A stretch of DNA of 42,909 bases, taken from Gammaproteobacteria bacterium (GTDB lineage: Bacteria > Pseudomonadota > Gammaproteobacteria > GCA-001735895). Of the stretch, positions 38,371-42,909 are shown piece by piece. Numbering within the stretch: position 1 is the first letter of the stretch; each line of letters begins with the position of its first letter. The translations under genes and the position numbers were made by a program. The DNA lies in NCBI GenBank assembly GCA_029864185.1, contig JAOTTY010000003.1, forward strand, positions 1 to 42,909. Direction: 5' to 3'. A model generated the notes under the pieces. The model was not told where the DNA came from. It searched no databases and worked only from the letters and a program-made list of their open reading frames with translations.

Positions 38371-38398
38371 AAAACCCCCTGCCGGTAACGGCAGGGGG
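38371..38398 (-). terminator. Intrinsic-terminator-like hairpin between the AOR gene and the FAD-subunit gene
   Basis: Minus strand CCCCCTGCCG-TTAC-CGGCAGGGGG-TTTT: a 10-bp perfect stem plus a U4 tail. Confidence 0.75.
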
Positions 38399-38405
38399 CG
38401 TTTGA

Positions 38406-40256
38406 TTAAAGCGAAAGCCGTTGACGGGTTTCTTCCGGGATCTTGCCGTCCGCGGTCCAGCCCCTGACCTCGTAGTACTTGGGCAGCATTTCGCCGAGAC
38501 GATTCACCTGACCCTTGGTCGGACCATCCTTGATGGCTTCCTCGAGCAGGCGCTTGGGCAACTTGTCGTCATCGGCGGTGAAACCGGCCGCCTCGTTGAA
38601 CAGGCGCTCCATGTTCCAGATGCGCTCACCGGTTTCGAGACAGTTCTCGACGCTCCAGTCGCCCTCGCAGGCGGCATCGATCTGCGGTGCGATGTTGTCC
38701 ATGCCCCAGGCGAAAGTGGTGAAAATGCACAGCCCGGCGGAATCGACCAGCGCGGTCGCATCCTGGAAGGCTTTCACCAGTTCGGCCTTGCCGTCGGTGT
38801 CGTTGAGTTCGGTCTTGACCGGGATACCGAGCACTTCGGAAGCAATGGTATAGCCGCGCAGGTGGCAGGCGCCGCGATTCGAAGTCGCGTAGTTGAGGCC
38901 GATACCCTGGATGCCGCGCGGATCGTAGGCCGGGAATTCCTGACCCTTGACCGTCATCGACAGATCCGGCTTGCCATATTTTTCGGTCAGGCGCTTGGAA
39001 CCCAGGCCCAGGTCGGCAGAGAATGCACCGCCGTTGACAAACTGCTCCGTGATCGCGACAAAAGCCTCGGCATCGCCGAACCTGAGCTCGATTCCGCCGG
39101 TCTCCTTGGTCGTGATGATGCCATCTTCGAACATTTCCATCGCAGCCGCGACGGTCGCGCCATAAGAGATCGGGTCCATGCCGTCCTCGTTGCACAGGAA
39201 ATTCACGTAGGTGATTGCATCTAGGTCGTCGATTCCGGTATCTGCGCCAAGCGACCATGCGGCCTCGTACTCCAGCCCCCCGGAGGCGCCCTGGTACTGC
39301 GGCTTGTCCTTGACCGAAAAATGCGTGGGGTCGACCGTCGAGATACGGCCGCAGGCGATGGTGCAGCCGAAGCAGGCGCCATTCGTGGTCAAGTTCGGCT
39401 TGCCGTCGCTCTTGCGCGGTTCGGCCATGGCCTCGGCGGAAATATGTTCCGCACCCTCGAAGCCGACATCGCGCATATTGCGCGCCGGCAGGCCGCCGAC
39501 GCCATTGATGACGTTCATCAACACCTGCGTGCCATAGGCTGGTAATCCCTGCCCGGTAACGGCGTTTTCGGCGAGCACCTCCTTGCCGTCATTGGTCGCC
39601 GCTATGAAAGCATCGGCGTCGTCTACATTACCGATCCCCTGGGTGCCACGGACCGCGACCGCTTTCAGGTTCTTCGATGCCATCACGGTACCGACTCCGG
39701 AACGCCCCGCGGCGCGATGTCTGTCATTCATGACCGCGGCGTAAAGACAGCCGTTTTCGGCGGTGCGCCCGATACAGGCGACCCGCATTTGCGGATCCTG
39801 ATGGGTGGCGTGAATGATATCGTCGGTTTCCCAGGCGGTCTTGCCCCACAGGTGCTCGGCTGAACGCAATTCAGCCTTGTCATCCTGCACCAGCAGGTAG
39901 ACCGGCTTGTCCGACCTGCCCTCGAAGATAATCATGTCCCAGCCAGCATACTTCAGCTCCGCGCCAAAAAATCCCCCCGAGTTGGAGCAGGCGATGGCGC
40001 CTGTCAGCGGTCCCTTGGTGATGACGGAGTAGCGTCCGCCAGTCGACGCCATGGTGCCGGTTAGTGGGCCTGTGGCCATGATCATCTTGTTTTCGGGCCC
40101 GAGTGCGTCGCATTTCGGATCGACTTCCTCGCTCAGATACTTCGACGCCAGTCCACGCTGGCCCAGATATAGCTTCGCCCATTCCATATTGAGCGGTTCG
40201 GATTTACAGCTGCCTTTAGAGAGGTCTACCCTCAGAATTTTTCTTGTCCAGGACAT
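38406..40256 (-). CDS. aorB: Aldehyde oxidoreductase catalytic subunit (AOR family, tungstopterin)
   Basis: ILRVDLS, KGPLTG...SNSGG, AAGRSGVGTVMASKNLKA, CFGCTIAC, LEYE, GMDPIS, YATSNRGACH, DSAGLCIF, YYEVRGW. Confidence 0.93.
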   Translation of the reverse strand: MSWTRKILRVDLSKGSCKSEPLNMEWAKLYLGQRGLASKYLSEEVDPKCDALGPENKMIMATGPLTGTMASTGGRYSVITKGPLTGAIACSNSGGFFGAELKYAGWDMIIFEGRSDKPVYLLVQDDKAELRSAEHLWGKTAWETDDIIHATHQDPQMRVACIGRTAENGCLYAAVMNDRHRAAGRSGVGTVMASKNLKAVAVRGTQGIGNVDDADAFIAATNDGKEVLAENAVTGQGLPAYGTQVLMNVINGVGGLPARNMRDVGFEGAEHISAEAMAEPRKSDGKPNLTTNGACFGCTIACGRISTVDPTHFSVKDKPQYQGASGGLEYEAAWSLGADTGIDDLDAITYVNFLCNEDGMDPISYGATVAAAMEMFEDGIITTKETGGIELRFGDAEAFVAITEQFVNGGAFSADLGLGSKRLTEKYGKPDLSMTVKGQEFPAYDPRGIQGIGLNYATSNRGACHLRGYTIASEVLGIPVKTELNDTDGKAELVKAFQDATALVDSAGLCIFTTFAWGMDNIAPQIDAACEGDWSVENCLETGERIWNMERLFNEAAGFTADDDKLPKRLLEEAIKDGPTKGQVNRLGEMLPKYYEVRGWTADGKIPEETRQRLSL

Positions 40257-40271
40257 GATTCATTTCCCCCA

Positions 40272-40754
40272 TTATCCAGCGGTGGCTTCGGCAGAAGGCA
40301 GGCTCTTGGCCGCCGACGCCAGCATGCGGTCGTAACCGGTCCAGTCCGCATCTACGTAGGTGATCGCATCGGTTGGGCAGGCCGCCGCGCACTGCGGGTC
40401 GCCGCCGCAAAGATCGCACTTGACAACCTTGCCGGTTGCCTGCGAGTAATTGATGGTGCCGAACGGGCAGGCGATGGTGCAAACCTTGCAGCCGACACAC
40501 TTGTCGTCGGAGACAACCTTGGCGCCGGTTGCCATGTCGACGCTGATCGCGTCAACCGGACAGGCGCGCATGCACCAGGCCTCGTCGCACTGGGTGCAGG
40601 TATAGGGCGCAAATCTTCCCTCGTGATGGAAAGTAAATACCTTGATATAGGATCGTGATGGATTAAAGGTGCCGGTATGCTCGTAGGAGCATGCCATTTC
40701 GCACTGCAGACAGCCGGTACACTTTCCCGGGTCGATATTGAGGGATTTCAGCAT
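40272..40754 (-). CDS. aorA: 4Fe-4S electron transfer subunit of AOR
   Basis: CTGCLQCEMAC, CTQCDEAWCMRACP, CVGCKVCTIACP, CDLCGGDPQCAAACP; GGAGG RBS before ATG 40754. Confidence 0.9.
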   Translation of the reverse strand: MLKSLNIDPGKCTGCLQCEMACSYEHTGTFNPSRSYIKVFTFHHEGRFAPYTCTQCDEAWCMRACPVDAISVDMATGAKVVSDDKCVGCKVCTIACPFGTINYSQATGKVVKCDLCGGDPQCAAACPTDAITYVDADWTGYDRMLASAAKSLPSAEATAG

Positions 40755-40996
40755 TGTATCCTCCGCTTGTGTCGTTCTTGTCGTTACCCCGGACGGCTCT
40801 TTTTTTATCCGGACGCAACGCCTCGGGTCAATGCGTAAAAATACCACTGTCGCCCGAGCATTTATAGCCCTAAAGCCAAATTTAATCGGCTTTTACGTCG
40901 AGACCATGGTTCGTGGCAAAAAATATCGTCATACCCCTACCAATTTGGACTAGTCTATGACTCAATAACGCGCCTGACGGATTAAACCCGGTTTCA

Positions 40997-42265
40997 ATGA
41001 GCGAAAAAATCACTCCCGTTCCCAGCTGCGCCGATCCCTCCGATCCAGCTTCGATCAGCCTGTCCGAGGCGCTGGCAAGAATCGAAGCGCGCGTGCTCCC
41101 GGTCCACGCCTGCGAACGCCTGCCGATCCGCGAATGCCTGGGTCGCGTCAACAACGAGGCGGTCAAATCTCCGCACAACGTGCCGCCATCGCCGAATTCG
41201 GCGATGGACGGTTTCGCGATTGCAATCGCCAGCCTGCGACCGGACGGCATCACCGAACTCGAAGAGATCGGCACCGCCTACGCGGGCCTGCCGTTTGCGG
41301 GTAGCTGCGGCAAAGGCCAGTGCGTGCGCATCATGACCGGCGCGCTGATTCCCGATGGCGCCGATGCCGTGATCATGCAGGAGCAGGCAGAGGTCGACGC
41401 GGCGGGCAAAATCAGGATCGACTCCGACCACCGCAGCGGCGAAAACATCCGCCAGGCGGGCGAGGATGTCAGGCAGGGCGAGACCGTGATCGAAGCCGGC
41501 GTGCGCCTGAACCCGGCCGATCTCGGGGTGCTGGCCTCGCTCGGACTGAGCCAGTTGCAGGTAAAACGCAAACCCGTGGTCGCTTTCTTTTCTACCGGCG
41601 ACGAGCTGGTCGCGGTTGGCGAATCGCTGCAACCGGGCAAAATTTACGACAGCAACCGCTACAGCCTGCACGGCATGCTGTCGCGGCTGGCGGTGGATAT
41701 CATCGACCTCGGCGTCGTGCGCGACAATCCCGAGAGCATGCGTGACGCCCTGACTCGAGCCGCGTCACAGGCCGACCTGATCATCAGCACCGGCGGGGTT
41801 TCGGTCGGCGAAGCCGACTATGTCAAGCCCGCGCTGGAAGAACTCGGCACCACCGAGTTCTGGAAGATCGCAATCAAACCGGGACGCCCGCTGACCTTCG
41901 GCCAGATCGGCGCCAGTATTTTCATGGGTCTGCCTGGCAATCCGGTGGCGGTGATGGTGACCTTCAGCCAGTTTGTGGAGCCGGCGATCGAGGTTCTGTC
42001 GGGTGCCCGACTGCGCCCACCCGCGCTGTTTCGTGCCCGCGCGCTCGATGCGATGCGCAAGAAACCGGGCCGTTACGAGTTCCAGCGCGGCATCGCGACG
42101 CTGGCCGAGGACGGCCATTGGCAGGTGCGTAAAACCGGCAAGCAGGGGTCGGGCATCCTCACCTCGATGAGCCGCGCCAACTGTTTTATCGTGTTGCCGG
42201 ACGATAACGCCGGCGTCGAACCCGGGGACGAGGTCAGCATTCAGTTTTTCGACTGGTCGCGCTAA
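40997..42265 (+). CDS. moeA: Molybdopterin molybdo/tungstotransferase
   Basis: NSAMDGFA, RIMTGA, STGDEL, IYDSNR, TGGVSVG, IKPGRP, GLPGNPV, QGSGILTSM. Confidence 0.96.
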   Translation: MSEKITPVPSCADPSDPASISLSEALARIEARVLPVHACERLPIRECLGRVNNEAVKSPHNVPPSPNSAMDGFAIAIASLRPDGITELEEIGTAYAGLPFAGSCGKGQCVRIMTGALIPDGADAVIMQEQAEVDAAGKIRIDSDHRSGENIRQAGEDVRQGETVIEAGVRLNPADLGVLASLGLSQLQVKRKPVVAFFSTGDELVAVGESLQPGKIYDSNRYSLHGMLSRLAVDIIDLGVVRDNPESMRDALTRAASQADLIISTGGVSVGEADYVKPALEELGTTEFWKIAIKPGRPLTFGQIGASIFMGLPGNPVAVMVTFSQFVEPAIEVLSGARLRPPALFRARALDAMRKKPGRYEFQRGIATLAEDGHWQVRKTGKQGSGILTSMSRANCFIVLPDDNAGVEPGDEVSIQFFDWSR

Positions 42266-42270
42266 TCATC

Positions 42271-42525
42271 ATGGCTAACCTTCTTTATTTCGCGAGTCTC
42301 GCCGAGGCGCTGGGTACAAAATCCGAAACCCTGGCATTGCCGGCGGACTGCAAAACGGTTGCTAACCTGGTAACGCTGCAGCGCGGACGCGGGGAACCCT
42401 TCGCCAGCGCCTTCGACGGCAGCACCCGGATCCTGGTGGCTATCAACCAGCAAATGAGCGATCTCGGGGCCGAAATCAACGATAGCGACGAAATCGCCTT
42501 CTTCCCCCCGGTCACCGGCGGCTGA
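42271..42525 (+). CDS. moaD: Molybdopterin synthase sulfur carrier subunit
   Basis: LLYFASLAE, AINQ, DEIAFFPPVTGG. Confidence 0.93.
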   Translation: MANLLYFASLAEALGTKSETLALPADCKTVANLVTLQRGRGEPFASAFDGSTRILVAINQQMSDLGAEINDSDEIAFFPPVTGG

Positions 42526-42530
42526 TATAC

Positions 42531-42576
42531 GGGGACAGTTTACTTATTTCTCCCGAGAAATAAGTAAACTGTCCCC
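42531..42576. repeat. REP-like inverted repeat, probably also a terminator between convergent genes
   Basis: GGGGACAGTTTACTTATTTCTC-CC-GAGAAATAAGTAAACTGTCCCC followed by TTTT; same core as the copies at 2594-2725 and 21684. Confidence 0.88.
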
Positions 42577-42589
42577 TTTTATCCTTTTA

Positions 42590-42909
42590 TCATTGCTGCT
42601 CGGGCACACCGGCCGTGCGTAGCGCAGCGACGTAGTGTTCCAGATCGCTTTCGTGACGATATATGCTTTCGCGACGCTCATTCACCAGCGTGATATCCGT
42701 ATTGATCGCGAGTGCTTCGTTTACCGCCCATTCGGCATCCTCGGTTCTTCCGAGCTCGGCATAGATAGCCGCCAGGTTTAACTGAGTACGATCGAGTGCC
42801 GGGTTACGCGCTGCACTATCCTCGACCAACGGCAGCGCCTCTTCGTATCTACCCATTAGAAACAGAATCCGGCCTTTGATGTCGAGATAGATGGCGGTGC
42901 CCTGCGGAT
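42590..42909 (-). CDS. C-terminal TPR region of a larger protein (5' part outside the window)
   Basis: Open frame to the window edge: PQGTAIYLDIKGRILFLMGRYEEA...LAAIYAELGRTEDAEW...LRTAGVPE. This resembles TPR tails of cyclase/TolB-TPR regulators. Confidence 0.75.
   Translation of the reverse strand, partial: PQGTAIYLDIKGRILFLMGRYEEALPLVEDSAARNPALDRTQLNLAAIYAELGRTEDAEWAVNEALAINTDITLVNERRESIYRHESDLEHYVAALRTAGVPEQQ

Overview
GC-rich (roughly 60% by eye) proteobacterial chromosomal segment, most likely from a gammaproteobacterium, dominated by Mo/W-pterin enzyme biology. It holds a periplasmic Cys-type FDH3-like formate dehydrogenase operon with its accessory genes (DUF3305, DUF3306, polyferredoxin, TorD-type chaperone, small Tat protein, alpha/beta/gamma subunits). 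It also holds cofactor genes (moaA, fdhD, moaB, mobA, mobB, moeB, moeA, two moaD-like genes) and a tungsten-type aldehyde oxidoreductase operon (FeS subunit, AOR, FAD subunit, MoaD-like protein, a non-ubiquitin-like GGG-tailed protein, moeB). Other genes include ald, a Nit-family amidase, nnrS, dppABCDF, mscL and two peptidases. Less obvious structure: (i) a decayed second cytochrome-b / NarI(DsrM/TmcC)-like / CCG Fe-S module with an in-frame stop, a frameshift and a large internal deletion; (ii) an uncalled DsrC/TusE-like remnant behind nnrS, which has a well-spaced FNR/DNR-type promoter; (iii) an AT-richer three-gene insert (divergent GlpD-like flavoprotein, DegT aminotransferase, DUF2784-like membrane protein) that looks like an uncharacterised alcohol-to-amine pathway; (iv) a dispersed REP-like GGGGACAGTTTACTTA repeat family; (v) a terminator-like hairpin between the AOR catalytic gene and the FAD-subunit gene. 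No rRNA, tRNA, CRISPR array or transposase was recognised. All family calls come from motif recognition, not from database searches.
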